Part shown: one piece after another, positions 12,874 through 27,370 of the stretch
Layout: each line of letters begins with the position of its first letter
Position numbering within the stretch: the first letter of the stretch is position 1
Notes under the pieces: model-generated
The model's database searches: none
Told to the model about the DNA's origin: nothing
The model's input: the letters and a program-made list of their open reading frames with translations, nothing else
Translations under genes and position numbers: made by a program
Assembly: GCF_964355755.1 (NCBI RefSeq)
Contig: NC_092675.1
Location: forward strand, 19,812,912 to 19,876,911
Direction: 5' to 3'
Source: Antedon mediterranea
Taxonomy: Eukaryota; Animalia; Echinodermata
Length of the DNA stretch: 64,000 nucleotides

Positions 12874-13812
12874 CTATAGTGAAGAGAGAAAGATGAACAA
12901 GAAATACACGTGCGCTTATAGACAAATTAATAAGTAAAAAATTAGAGCAATTGAGGCGTTAATATTAGAAAAAGAACAAAATATGAAACAACATTATCAC
13001 AAAAAAATAAACAAATCATTTGTATATAGTTTACATTCAATAGAAGCAAATTTAACAGTTAGAATGTTAAAAATAACACATATTATTAGCAAACAAAAAA
13101 TAAATAAAATCTAGCTAAAACTGTTAAATAATTATATAATGTAAATACAATATATAATAATAATATTGATAATAACACTGCTACTATATAAAGTATAAAT
13201 TATTTGATATGAAACTATGTGTAAAGCAATAGACAATTTATTGAAATTGTCTGCCTAATTCCACCCCATATATTTTATCAATTTCTATGAATATCTATGA
13301 GCTATATCTGATTTTGTTCAAAATATCTTTTACTAATATATACTAAATATAATATAATATCTTTCAGGTAATTAGCTACTAAGAATAGCAGCCCTTATAA
13401 AAAATATAATGTCTATGTTTTAAATTTGGATTATTACAAGCTTTCATTTTTCTTCACATCTTAAAAAAATAATTAAAAATTGTTGCAAAGAAGATTTCAT
13501 TTTCATACTATCCTATCTTGGGAATAATTAAAATATTATATTTAATAGCAGTATGCCTGGAAAAAATCAAATGTGGTTATTATAAAAAAATATACAAAAC
13601 CAAATAAATGATGATAAAATTATCAACCATGATATCAAAACAATTACTAGAAATATTTATTTAAAGTCAAAAATGTAATTTTACTATATTAACCTAATCT
13701 ACTGATTCATAATTAATCTTAATAATTAATAATCTTTATCAAATAAAAAAAAAGCTTTGTTGAAACATTTGATGGGATATTTTGATATTAATATTTTGTG
13801 TATTATAGTTAC

Positions 13813-13889
13813 CATTGTCACAACTGCACTGTTTGATTTGAGCAACCTCTCTGATATCACCATGGCAAGAACGACAGTAATAGAATGCT
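13813..13889 (-). CDS. KCNMA1: Slo1 exon carrying the CxxCH heme-binding motif
   Basis: cag|A GCA...AAT G|gtaact; 77 nt; AFYYCRSCHGDIREVAQIKQCSCDN (cf. vertebrate [24 protein letters not shown]). Confidence 0.95.
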
Positions 13890-14289
13890 CTGAAGAAAAA
13901 AATAACAACAAAGAAATTTTAAAATATTTGTCATGAGCTAAGCTAATTTACAATTCAAGAAAAAGGGGGCTAATGATTTCAAAATTGATAAATAATATTG
14001 TCAGAAACATGTAAATGAAAATAGTGATGAAGGAATAGTGATAATAAAAACACTGACGATGATGATGACGATGATCATTTTTAGTTGATGTACATAGAGA
14101 AAGTAAAAATGAAAGGAACACAGAAAATGAACTCAGAAACTGAGTGAAGTACTTGGAAAAATATATCAGGGAAAACTATATTCCGAGAGAGAGGGCTCAC
14201 TACTTGATATTTCGGTCCATATTAAAAGAATGCAGAGGGCGTGGTATTTAATATTTCATAAGAAAGATACAGGTAAGTCAGATTTTAAT

Positions 14290-14960
14290 ATAATAAGCTT
14301 TTGTCACGTGACGTGATATATCAATTTTCCTGAAAATCAATAGGCATGTTCTGTAAGTATATACCTGTTAACACTAAAACATTCAGGACGATAACTTAAA
14401 GATGTATTGTCCCTTGAAACACAAAAAAACGAAGGTCAAAATATTCTAAATTTAAATTGGCCATGTCAAAGTAATATTAAAGTTATTCACTTTAAGTCGA
14501 AAATTCGAGCCAAAAAATTGTACGTAATTAACAGCTAAATTAATTTGATTACACTATCTGGAAAATCGTCGTGAGCGAAATTAAACAAAGATTTCAAACC
14601 ACATACATACATTATGCGTGATGCTAATTAGGATTGTTTACAACCTGTCACGGTTGAGAAGGTGTTTTCACACAGATCGCGAGGAAGTTTTATCATTATG
14701 CATACAGAGTAGCCAAATAAACGCGTTGCATTATGAGATATGTTTTGATTGAAAACTTTGACTGGAAGTCAAAGTTATTTTTTGAACCAAAAAACGTCTG
14801 TATTTTAGTTAAATGATATTTTTTTTCTACTAATTTTTGGTGAAAGTTAATAACTATTATGATACTTCAAAATGACCTAACAATTGCAGGACGATAACTT
14901 AACAATTCTGGATGCTATCATGCTAACAAACTGACAAACAAAGAAAGTACTATACTATTA
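14290..14960 (+). mobile_element. Possible Helentron-associated (HINE/DINE-1-like) element
   Basis: CpG-richer block with duplicated CAGGACGATAACTTAA (about 14385 and 14887), ending in CTAACAAACTGACAAACAAAG; borders approximate. Confidence 0.3.
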
Positions 14961-14987
14961 AGCAGGGAAGAGTGAAAATGATCTGAC

Positions 14988-15074
14988 CTCTTGACTTCTA
15001 GTGCAGAGTCAGCAATAAAGAACCCCAAAGTTTGATCTTGTATCTTGACATGCGGTCCTGGATTAATTGCAATG
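14988..15074 (-). CDS. KCNMA1: Slo1 exon, end of RCK1
   Basis: tag|C ATT...AG|gtcaga; 87 nt; [28 protein letters not shown](R). Confidence 0.95.
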
Positions 15075-15309
15075 CTATGGGTAGAATAATATCAATAATA
15101 TTAGTTCAAACAAATATAATAACATGTTTTTCTATTTTTTAATATATAATGATTAATTTCTAGATGATTTTAATGTATATTACATACATATTTTGCATAC
15201 ACCACAGTTACTCATAGATTATGTCCCATTGGTATAGAGTACAGGTGATGTATTTGATGATGCCACATCTGAGACACAGATGATGTCTACTCATAGTTTT
15301 TTGATGATG

Positions 15310-15600
15310 TATCTATTGCAACCTAAGCTAACATGATGACTCTTTTGCAGCCTTATCTGTAGATGACACCCATTTTGTAGCCTTAGTCACACATACATGT
15401 GATAGCTTTTTGCAAACTTAGCTTAGGATGATTCAACCTTAGCTGCAGATGAATCCTCATTTGCAACCTTATGAATGATGTTTCATTTGTAACCTTAACC
15501 ACATATATGGCTCCTTTGTAGAATTTGCAACCTTAGCCAACTGTGATGATGCATTTACAACCTTAGCAGCAGATGTTGCTTCGTTTGCAACCTTATTATC
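15310..15600. repeat. Degenerate 30-bp tandem repeat
   Basis: Recurrent TTTGCAACCTTAGC...GATGA, about 9 units. Confidence 0.8.
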
Positions 15601-15944
15601 ATGGATATGTCAGTAAACAAGTCACTTATTTATTGTTACTGATGTCAGTATAGGTGGCTGCCAATAATACTTCATTTTCATATAAAATGGCTGCTGATGA
15701 CATACAGCAGGTAAATTTTGATCATTTGCATAACACAACTGCTGAATTTGTATTCATGGTCATGAACAATGTCTCCCTATTTAAATTAGTTGAATTTAAC
15801 AACCCTGCTAACAATACATCATTTCCATATAACTATAAAGCTGATAATTAAATTATGTGCTTGGCAGTTAATTTTAAGTAAAAGTCAATTATTTACAATA
15901 AATGACCTAAAAAAACAAAATTAGCAACTGAAATATAAACTTAC

Positions 15945-16013
15945 GTGCTAGTCTCTGAATCCACATTGGTCTCCACTGCTATCAGTAATAGTTTTAATTT
16001 ATCGAAACATAAT
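15945..16013 (-). CDS. KCNMA1: Slo1 exon, RCK1
   Basis: tag|A TTA...AC|gtaagt; 69 nt; LCFDKLKLLLIAVETNVDSETS(T). Confidence 0.94.
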
Positions 16014-16274
16014 CTATAAAAAAATAAAATAGATAACATTAATTAGATATTATGATAATCATAAATTCAATATTCCAGAAAAATAGTTGTAATAAAAATC
16101 ACTTTGCAATCAGCAAACCACCTATTCATTAGCAGGTGAATCAAAAGAAAGTTTTATGTATTAATTTAGGTTTTATTATACGTTTTCCTGAGGTGTTGGA
16201 CAGAGTCTTTTATGCAGATCATGTGGTCATAGTAGAATTTATGTTGATATTATAGTTAGTAGTTGAATTGTAGT

Positions 16275-16560
16275 GGAGCTGTAGCTTGATGATTAACATG
16301 CTTGCCTTCCATTCCCAAGATCTAAGATTCAATCCTAATATCAGGGTTGCAGACTCTTTCTACTCTACTCCCTCAGCATAGCCTCAAATAAGACTTTAAT
16401 TTGATTTTTAGTTCATCCATCCTGTAATTGGCAAGTTTCTCACTGTTGGATGAGTTGGAAATAAAAGAGAGTAACTGATCATCTGATGTGCTGATCATGT
16501 TTAGGCCCTTTATTCTGGGACCTGTGGTGGAACATCTTTAAATGGTGATGGACATTGGCC
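16275..16560 (+). mobile_element. Old degenerate tRNA-headed SINE
   Basis: GGAGCTGTAGCTTGATGATTAACATGCTTGCCTTCC...GATTCAATCCT gives A-box/B-box-like spacing, followed by a GC-richer body; the 3' limit is approximate. Confidence 0.35.
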
Positions 16561-19389
16561 AATTAAGTGTACATCTTCCCTCATGTTTATCAAATGTTCA
16601 AAGTTTTGGGTACAAATGCCAGATAAAGACAAGTGGTGATGTAATATAAGCATGACTCTGAGACAACCCTAAAATTATTAATTCTCATCAAGCACTTTTA
16701 GTAAAAGGAAACTATAAATTAGAAGTTCGTACATATACTCTCACTATACGATTATACAGTACTATGGATGAACTTACAAAATAAATAATAGACTAAAAAA
16801 TTATGATAAATAAGGCATTTTCGAAAGTAAATTACCATATGGTGGCTGTATCTAACACTATTAAATAGTGAAATGAACCTTGTAGTTAACTAAATGTAAA
16901 TTAACCCATTTACAAGAACCATTAGGCTATATAACTTCCTTGTACTTAGACATGCAACTCAAATCAGTAACTTATTGGAAGATATGACATTCCATGATTG
17001 CTGCTAAAGGAAGGACTAAACGTATCTGATTACGGTCTCAGATAAGCCAACGAAAAGTTTGCAATTCATTATCAAAGTTACAAGTTGTTTTCCCACCAGA
17101 ATGTAAAGATAGTCTTGAACATATCCATTTTATGCGTGTTGTTTACGGCGCCACCTACCTTAACCACTCAACCACTTTACTCGACATGATACATTCTAAT
17201 AACTGATCTGTAAACTGTACATTATGTATTACAATTATTTCCTGTCATTTGTTCTTGTGCTCTCTAAAATTATTAATATTTTACATACAATATACACAAA
17301 TCTGATAAGTATACATTGACCAATGTTTTACCTCCCTTGACTATTATAGCAATGATCATCTTTAGGTAATCTAGATTGTACATTTGTAAATAAATGTCAA
17401 AGTTTCAGTTGAATTGCAATATTATTAATTTATAAAGAACCAAAAAAAGTCTTGAAGCGCTGTGAAAATAGAGTAAGATAATATATTTTCAAACAAAAAT
17501 ATTTAAAAAAATAAGATGTTGGAAAAGGAAAATGGAGAAAGTTGAAGCCCATGCCAGAACCCAAACCTAAGTATGGGATGCTGTCGTCGCCAACTAGAGT
17601 TTGAACTAAGGAACCTGCAGTTAGCATCTAAACAATCAGGACTAGGGTGCCTCCTAACCTATAATATATAGAAACTGGCAGCATGAAAACCGAAACTAAA
17701 CAAATAAACAGGTCTTATTGTAATACTCTTTTCTTTCTTTCCATGGTAGTCAAAACATGGGCTTGCAAAACAAGGAAGACCAGCACTCGCATACATTTAT
17801 GTAATAGAGACATATACTGGCTGTCACAATAGAAGATAGGAAATTATGGAGGAATCTAGTCAAATAAGTTTACAGCATATGTCTTGGACTTGAGTAAGTA
17901 ATACTCTTTAAAATTTTGTGGGAAAACATTTTTTGGAGGAGGATAAATTGAACTACACTACAAAACTAAATTATAAAAATAAAAATTGTCAAAATGTTAT
18001 GAAAAAATCACACACATTGATCAACTTGTTATCAGACAAATGCCAACATAAAAAAAAACACAATTTAGAATTTTGACAGATACATCATACCATTAAACGG
18101 ATTTTAGCATTCGTTGACGCCACAACAATCATTACAAACAAATATACCACAAAACATTAGCACTTAGTCTTTGCATAACATAAGCGCCACTTAAAGGAAG
18201 TGGAAATATCTGGATACTTTACTTTTTAAATTGTTATTTGCAGAAGTCCTCTAAGATACCAATAATTCATATTGAAATATTGAAACATAAATTCAAAACT
18301 TTTTCCACCTCTTAAAGTAAATTCAAGTGTTTGTTTCTGTTGAATATGATATATCAGTGTGTCATAAAGAAACCAATTCTCTGTACTGTATCTCGACATA
18401 TGCCATGATACATTCTGTAATATGTGTCACATGTGTATCACATATAATGCTTGATAAGGCTAGGTATATGCCTATGGCCTATGATACCTGGGACTCATGT
18501 GTGTCACTCTATAATTTGACTCTGACACTGACTACAAGAATGATACAAATTATAGATTTGTCAGTACAGAATATAGAATCAGACCAAACCTCTTTTACCT
18601 TCAAGATTAAATAAGAGCCCCAAAACTGCAAAAACAAACTGTAATTTTGAGAATGCCATTTAATCAATTTTTTGGATTGAAATTTGTTTTCTGTTGATTA
18701 CAGCAGTTTATTCACACAACTAACTAAGTTACATCCTCACGGAAAGAAATAGCCCTAACAGAATAATCTAACCTATCAGTCTAATGTCAAAGAAAATATG
18801 CATCATTACCGTAATATAAATGCCACTGGTACAGTATTTAAGGAACTTGTCTGACCGTATAAAATAGTTGAAAATGAAAATGAACATTAAATAATGTCCT
18901 TCGGTCATTAAATGTAATGTTATAGCAAAAAATATATATTTTACATTATAAAAAAAAAAGGGTAAAACAAAACTTCCTGGTGTAAACATTTTCAAACATA
19001 CCTTTTCTATATGTCTCATTACTAATTATGCTGGAGTAGCTATATATATGCATGTTGACAATCACAAGTATAGTACCTGTTAGCTACAATATGTTTTGAA
19101 TCATCTATATATCTTCTATAAATATACTTGTAATTGGCATTCAAATGATAGATAAATTGGCATCTATAAGCCTTGTTGTTGTCTTAATGATGATAGGAAT
19201 GTGTCATTACCAAGTATCATCGTTTTCCCATCTAATCTCAAATATTCTCCTTCAGTAGTTTAGTTTATGTCTGCATTTAAAGTGTACAACATAAATTTAA
19301 TAAGTGGAATGGATACTTGGATTTAATAACAACATTATTACAGTTGGAATCAAGGAGAATTAAGCAAGATGTGGTAAATCTTTCTACAC

Positions 19390-19757
19390 AAAATGTGTGA
19401 CGTAGAAAGGCAGTTTTACCCATACATCTACGGAGGTTGCCCAAACTGCGCATCTGCAAATGTTGTGACACGGATACGTATGAGTCGAGTCAAGTGGTAG
19501 AACAAATCTTCTCGGATAAGGACTTAAACCTTGAGGTCCGGTGTACGCATCTGGCTCGTGTGCACTTTAATAAACCCAGTACATCTTCCGGAAGAGTACT
19601 ACTGGTCTATTCAGCCCATGTCATTGTGGACAGAAAAAAGGGCGCTGTTTGGTGTAGTGGCAGCACTCAACACAAAGTTGTGGTATGTGTCGTCCACACC
19701 TGTGCACAGTTCAGCCCAGAAGTCGCAGGTTATTCCCTCATTTACATTTACATATTT
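19390..19757 (+). mobile_element. SINE with a Nin/Deu-type central domain (head not recognised)
   Basis: 19507-19617 TCTTCTCGGATAAGGACTTAAACC...GAGGTCCGGTGTAC...GCACTTTAATAAACCCAGTACATCTTCCGGAAGAGTA resembles the Nin/Deu core as I recall it; GC-rich; ends in a (TTTACA)n-like tail. Confidence 0.65.
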
Positions 19758-21395
19758 AGAAACAAATCTAAATTTATAATCACACAATCAAACAAAATCT
19801 ACTTTTGAAACTCGTACACAACAATACTCTGGAAACAAAACAGAATACATTAGCTTTCGCGTTACTGATTTTCACAACATGGATAGGCACTATAAAGAGA
19901 AAAGATGAGACCAATAAAGCGCTGAATAATCATTTTTCTTTTAAAAAAACCTACAGACTTGAAATATTAGACATATTTAATGAGCGGAAAATAAGCGATT
20001 GATTGGGACAGCTTTTAGTTAAAGAGAGAATATTATGACGAAATCTGCAGGGAGGTCAAGGTAGAAAAAGGCAATTAAAATGCTAAATAGATAAGAGGTG
20101 ATTAGATAGGTAATACGTTCATGGAACTAGCATAGTCTTGCATGCGTTATGGCTTAAAGCATTGATTTACAACCAGTTGTAGTAATTACGATATTAACAG
20201 CAAAATTGAGAATATGGATGTGGAAAGTTGATGATGATCTGATGATTATGATTAGATTATGATAAGATTAGATTATGATAAGATTAGATAGGAAAGAAGA
20301 CAAAAAACTGTTGATTTGATGACAATAGAAGTGATAACGTTATTATTATTATTGATAATGATAGTATGATGATAAATGGCAGATTAGACAATAAGGAGAA
20401 TCCTGTTAAATGTTGATCTAAAAATGATATTTATTTATGATACAGTATAATAATTTAAGTGATTTTCTGAATAAACTTGAAGGAAAATGAAACATCACAT
20501 CAAAACAAACTATATACACCATGAGTGAAAGCAGACACAATCATCTCTTATTTTTTTATTTCACACATTAGTGAAATTTTAATTATTGTTTAAAAACCAC
20601 AATTTCGATAGGGGTTTTCTGATATATGAAACCTTGTAGTACTCTTACTGCCCAGTATGCATACGTGCATGTAAGACCTTCCTATTAAAAAAATGTCCAT
20701 GCTTTTAAGGCTGCTTTTACATCGCATACAGATTTGGACCGGTGCCCTGAGAAAAATGGGTTCAGTGGTAAAAGCATAGGATTGTTTACACCAAATTTGT
20801 ATGATTCGGATAGATAGTGATAGATCAGTCATTTGTTTGCTGAAATCTTACAAATTTTTTCTTTTTACCAATCAACAGTGAGCATGAATGACCTCACTTG
20901 ACAAGAGATAAACAAATTTGTGCTCAATGTGAAAGCGCGCTTAACACTCACGATATTTTCCTCAGGGTGCTGAACTGAATTCGACCGCAATTTTAAAGCA
21001 GTTTAAACAATGTTATAAGCATACAAATTGATTTTTTTCAATAAAATTAACTATTAAGGGTAGAGTAAATAGGAAGTACTGAATACTGAGTATCAATAAT
21101 CATGGATCAAAAAGTCTTAATAATAGTTTAATAGTGAAATCACATAATTTGTTATGATAATAAATGTAATCCATGTTCTGGAATATCGAAAAGTCCCAAC
21201 CATTACCTGTGAGATTATAACCAAAATGTTATGATAATTGATGGATTATACTAATAATGGAATTTCCGGAAAGTCATAAATCAAAAATGCCCTACCATTT
21301 ACCTGTGAGATCATAATCATTTGTTATTTTAACAACTATGAATAATTCTTTCCATAACTTGCGGAAGTCATGGAAGAAAAAAAATCCTAGCATTT

Positions 21396-21610
21396 CAGGG
21401 CTGGAAATTTTCACTAGCAAACTAGCAAATTTGTTGGTAGATTTTGTTAGTTAAAACATTACTAACAAATGTTTGGTGGTTAATAGTTACTTTTTAATAA
21501 GCAAATGTACCTGAGGTTTGATCTGCCAATTTCTGTAAATTTAACTTACCCTAAAAAAGTTTCTGGCTCAAATTTTGTTAGTTGATAAAAAAGGTAAATT
21601 CCAAGCTCTG
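21396..21610. mobile_element. 215-bp MITE with CAG...CTG ends
   Basis: CATTT|CAGGGCTGGAAATTT...AAATTCCAAGCTCTG|CATTT; interrupts a local CATTTACCWGTGAGAT repeat unit. Confidence 0.6.
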
Positions 21611-21727
21611 CATTTACCAGTGAGATCAAAATATGATAATGAAATTTTACTGTTTGAATTCTGAAAATATCAAGGATTTGATACCCCTGAAATGGCAATT
21701 ACTTGACAATTATTGTATAATTCTTAC

Positions 21728-21837
21728 CGTGTGACTTCCGGAAAGGTCATTCCTGTGAAGGATCGTGATAAATATTCAGTGTACATTTCGTTGCCACAAC
21801 CATTTAGATAGTCTGTTTGCCACAAGTCATTTGAACC
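21728..21837 (-). CDS. KCNMA1: Slo1 exon, RCK1 (NEMY motif)
   Basis: cag|GGT...CG|gtaag; 110 nt; [36 protein letters not shown](R). Confidence 0.96.
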
Positions 21838-23913
21838 CTGTATTCACACAAGATGGTATGAAAAAGAATATTAAGAGTGTTAAAACCTGATTGATGTTCA
21901 CAAAAACATTACTCTACATACGCAAATATTTTAGGAGGCGTTCAGACAAGAGTATAATTTTAGTAGAAGCTAACAAGTTTTATGCGAATTTGTGATGTAT
22001 GTGCTTATTGAAAGTAACGGTATACCTCGCTATCTGTTAATCAACTACTAGGAGTGCAGCGGTATAGTATTTGACTAATTACCTGTCGTTGATATCAACA
22101 CTTCTCATGATACCTACTTCCTAGTTCACATGCTAAATTCACCACTGTCTTTAGCTAAGATACCATTAATACTCATATCTGAACACCTCCTTACTGACAT
22201 TAGAACAATATTATTTCTAAAAATACTAATATTTTTTATTGTTTTTGGTATGTGAATATATATGAAGATATATTTTAGAAGTCAAAATAACATTATGTTT
22301 GCTATTAAATTACTGAAATTGATTGTATCTGTTAAAATACATAATAATTAGTTAATAAATAGGCTGGTTAAAATTCATATTGGTAATATTGTTTGTGATT
22401 TATATATAGTATTTTAATTACAAATTGTTTGTGCTTTATTTTGCTATTAATTCATTTTCTTACCTGTTTCATTACCATAAAACAATAATTAAAATCATAA
22501 ATATGTATAAATATGAAATCATAAAAGCAAAGATAAAAATTTATTTAAATTGGCAATTTGATGATTTTGATAATTGTTTAAAAATGTGTATTTTTATGAA
22601 TATTATGCCATTATATAAATCTATATAATAGTTATGAAATAAAATTATATGTATAATGTTATGTCCAATGTATTATGATTTTCAGATGGCAAATATAATG
22701 CATTGCATTCTTGATACACAAAACTTAACCAAGCAAATATAAATAAAACTGATTAAATCTAATTTTCTTTTAAAATCATGTCATGTAAAAATTCATTGAC
22801 TGAAAATAAAATGCAAAAAAATATGATTTTTGACAAATTCCGTCACCACACATCATTCTAAAAAATGATTCCTCAAAATAATAAAAACAAAATTTATTAA
22901 GACAGCTGGTATCTACAACAACTAAAATAACCAACACTTTTTCACAATGGAATATTAATGGTTGAGATGTGCTTCGTAAACTAATTTGATCCATTTTTCA
23001 CTGGTATAAAAACAACACTTTTATTTCATACATAACTGATTGTAAGTGCTACTCAAGGGCTACAAATAGGGGGATACATGGCCTTCGCTTTATGACTGAA
23101 ATAAAGGCTGTTCTGTTGTGCTGTTGTGAAGGGTATAACGCTGAAATAGTGCCTGTAAAATCACACAACACTGGTGTATAAAAACATTTTGAATGGGAGT
23201 AGGATAATGCGGGAAGACGCATGCATAAATGCAACAACAAAAATGTATTTAAAATACAAACAAGAGAAACATTTTTAATGTACTACATAGTTTTTTGTTT
23301 GGTTGATAATTATTCTTTAACATTACATTATAATTAATGATTTACATGGGTTTTTACTTTACACTTCTTCGATCATGCAACATTATTCCGGAAGAGCAAC
23401 AATCAATAACGAATACCTGATGATGATGATGACCTAACACAAACTTAAGATAGTGTTTTGCAATGTACCTCATTATATCTTTATTAGTATTTTATTATTA
23501 GCATACTGCATATATAAATTTATACTTTGTTAAAAAGAATATAACTAGATGCATTTGTAACTATGACTATTATACCATCTGTAATATTCAAATTATATTC
23601 AAATTATATGAAAATAATTGCTTTATCTAATATGCAAATTTACAAATGAGAACATCAGTTTGACATTGAAAGTATGATATATGCTGAATTTCAATTACCC
23701 ACATTTGTTTTAACATTAAGGTAAATTTTTCTAATTTGCATATTGTCTAATTTGCATATTATCTAATGTGCATATTAGGAAAGATCATCAGGCATTCGTA
23801 ATATGTTAATTAACTCTTCCAACTACTGCTGACCAATGGCTGCAAACTAGGTGTTAGTATATATACATTTAAATATAAAGAAGTACTGGAGCACTGCAGG
23901 TGTCAAGACTTAC

Positions 23914-23967
23914 AACTAATTGCATGTCTTTAAAATCCGAATCACAAGCACCGTCACTTTTATTGGG
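23914..23967 (-). CDS. Candidate 54-nt phase-0 cassette exon (PNKSDGACDSDFKDMQLV)
   Basis: ttttactctctcag|CCC...GTT|gtaagt; strong acceptor and donor; cluster of UGC motifs upstream. Confidence 0.6.
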
Positions 23968-25267
23968 CTGAGAGAGTAAAATTGAACATTTAAGGCAGTG
24001 TTGTAGTAGCAGCAGCGGTAGCAGTATTATTAAATGCAAATATAAACAATAATAAATAACGCATACAAGTTCTTAATACAAGAGAATCTTTCTTTATAAT
24101 GTTAATAATAATATTAAATCTTTATTTAACCATTGAGCTTAATTAACACTATAAGTTGGGTTAAATATGAGATTTTTTTGTTTTGTTTTTAATTTTTAAA
24201 TTAAAATTTCTTATTACTAAGTCGGAATGAAGGAAAAATACCTTGTAAAAAACTAGCAGACCAACATTATAATTTTTTTTTTCTTTAATTTGGTAATATC
24301 AAAATATAAATGTTTCTAATTTTAATAACAAATATTTATAAGGTGATAAAAAATATGGGGACAAGAAAAATATTTTTTTTATATCATACAACGGTAAACC
24401 TGAAATATAAAGTTGACGCAAAATTATAATATTTCTCCAACATTAATTATGTGTAAAAATACCTTACTGAAAAAGAACCAAATACACTTAACCAGAAGTG
24501 ACTCGTTTTTATACCACTTGACATTTTAATCAAGTCACATTGAGACACTCATGAAAAGTCTATAGCACTAAAATTGTCAGTGTCTGTTAAACTATGGATT
24601 TTGAACTGTAGTTTGCACAAAATGACATTCATTAAAAGTGACGCAGTGAAATAGTTGCAAATCTGGAATGCGGCAGAATTCCAAATCAATAATTTCTTAA
24701 CAAAAAAGTATCTGCGGTCTTTCAACAGCGTAACCAATCACCACTCGGGAAAATATGTTATATTGATTTATTAAATAAGTTTTAATATCCGTATACCCAA
24801 AGCTGAAGCAAACCACAACCTCATAATTATAAATATAAAATACATTTTATAACAAATATTTATTATGAATATTAAGTATTAGTACGTTTATGTTACATTA
24901 CTATAAGCATTTGAAATATATTTTAAAATATATTATTTTATGTTAAATTGTGCATACTTTGTGTTTAAGTTGTCTTAAGTACACATTTTATATACTGTAT
25001 TTCATTTAAATAAATGTATTATTTTCTTATTTAGTCTATATTATGTTAAAAAACATTTATTTTAATATTAATAATAAACATAAACTTCCACCTGAAGAAT
25101 TATTAAGACAATGTAAACATCTATAGCAGGTACTCCAGTAAATGTATAGTTTACTGCAGAAACATAATTCTGTGTATATATGACTAAAAAGACAAATCGT
25201 AAAATGTTGGACATTTTATAATGTAGATTGTACATATAAAAGACTATAGAGTATACCACACATTTAC

Positions 25268-25297
25268 TGCAGTAACTGCCGCAGATGATGCCACAGG
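25268..25297 (-). CDS. Candidate 30-nt phase-0 cassette exon (PVASSAAVTA)
   Basis: ccttctttcaaatgtttgtttag|CCT...GCA|gtaaat; GC-rich island in an AT-rich intron. Confidence 0.5.
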
Positions 25298-25869
25298 CTA
25301 AACAAACATTTGAAAGAAGGACTATCAAACCTTGTTATCTGGACTTTCCTATTTAAAAGGTTATGGTTAAAGAAAAGAAAGAAAAAGGGAAGAAACACAA
25401 CAAAAATTAAATAATAGAAATAGGGGAATACATCCACAAACAAATGGAAATGGGCTGGTTCTATGGGTAACAACAAAACATAACAACACTATTTAATATT
25501 TTAAGTTATTTATTGTATCCTTATCTAACCTAATTCATGCTCTGATCCATAATGATAGTGGTGTTTTTAAAGGAATACATTAATTAGTATTACTATTGTC
25601 TTAAAAAAGAGGGTGAGGTTGTGAATGTCTGTAGTACACATACATTATGCTAAATCTTAAAAAAAAATTAACTTTTAACAGAGCTATGAGCCGCTTAATG
25701 AACAAAAGTTTGAAATTCAATTGGTACATCATATTGTTGGGGAATGATAAAAGCCATACAATATATAGAAGCTATGCCATGCAAGGAATGGATATGTAGT
25801 GCCTCCATAGTGTCATTTAAAATTCACAATTACACACTCCACGTTATTACTGCTAACATTATAATTGAT

Positions 25870-26400
25870 AACCAGCATCATTATCACCAACATCATTATC
25901 ACCAACATCATTATCACCAACATCATTATCACCAACATCATTATCACCAACATCATTATCATCAACATCATTATCACCAACATCATTATCACCAACATCA
26001 TTATCACCAACATCATTATCATTATCATCAATATCACCCACATCATTATCACCAACATCATTATCACCAACATCATTATCATCAACATCATTATCATCAA
26101 CATCATTATCACCAACATCATTATCACCAACATCATTATCATTATCATCAATATCATTATCATCAATATCCTTATCATCAATATTATTAAAATCAATATC
26201 ATTATTAGATGCATCATTATCACCGACATCATTATCATCCACAATCATTATAATCAATATCAATATTAGCTGGATCATTATCATCCATATCATTATCCCC
26301 ACATCAAATATGTATCAATATTAATCACCAATATCATTATCATCAATATCATCCCCATCAACTATTATCAATATTATCTGATAATCCGCATCATCATCAC
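25870..26400. repeat. 15-bp minisatellite (CATCATTATCACCAA)n, degenerating to the right
   Basis: About 19 near-perfect units in 25877-26160; source of four low-complexity ORFs. Confidence 0.97.
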
Positions 26401-27370
26401 CCACAAAAAATTATAAAAAAACATTATTAGCATCAATATTATTATCATCAAACTAACCATTATTTTTTCAGTATGCAATTTAGTTTTTTAATATTTATGC
26501 TTCCTTTTTATGCAGAATTATTTCATGCTCATTTTTTCACATGATATCCCAACAATTGTTTACAGGGAAATTTTACTTTCACAAAAACTGTGGGAGCCGA
26601 AAACAAAATTCTTAATATTTTGAGAGTTTGTTTCCCCCTAGCTTTACACACAAAACACACATAATGAAGAGAGAAGATGATTTGGATAAAACAACAACAT
26701 AACGCTGTTGTACATTATATGTTTATATCGTCAAAACAAATGCAGTAGTACAGTAGAATAAAGAATCAGCATAGAGTTAAAAAAATGCTGTAGATATGAA
26801 TGTACAATCCTTCACACAACTGTTTATTCGCTTGTCAAGTCAATTTAACTAAATCACTATGAAGCTATATTTGTTACAGTTAATGTCAGTCATGAAATGA
26901 ATATAAAATGCTTTGTGGAATATTAATGGGGAATTTTTTTAACTATAAAGCATTTTTTATTTTTGCAGCCTTGGAATTGGCAATTCTAAATTAATTCTAA
27001 TTAATCAAGTGGAATTCTATTTACTAAACTATTAATTACTATGTGTTTTTATTAAACAATGCACTTCAACCTGATTAATCTACATTATTATATTAATTTT
27101 ATTAATATTATTATTTACTATCATTATTAATTTCCAAACCAGTGTTCACCCAGTAAATAAATTCTATATTCTTCTTAATATTTAAAAAATAAAAATGTGT
27201 ATAATTTTTTACTTTTGTGTGAATCATAGGCCAATAATATGAGCTTATAATTACACTATATACCAAAGTGTTTAATTTTAATACTTTTTTCCTGGTGAAA
27301 AACTGGGAAAGAACACTGTAAAATATTATTATTATTAATTCACTCATTCATGCTAAGCATGCATCTGTAC

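Noticed and set aside
19437-19808. 123-aa and 82-aa plus-strand ORFs as a nested gene
   Set aside because: They coincide with the GC-rich SINE body and show no recognisable protein motif.
23417-23433. tag|GTCATCATCATCATCAG|gtattc microexon
   Set aside because: 17 nt is frameshifting, and it is built from an ATC microsatellite.
25744-26302. His-rich, Asp-rich, Met-rich and Ile-rich ORFs of 134-148 aa
   Set aside because: All are frames of one 15-bp minisatellite; no splice or homology support.
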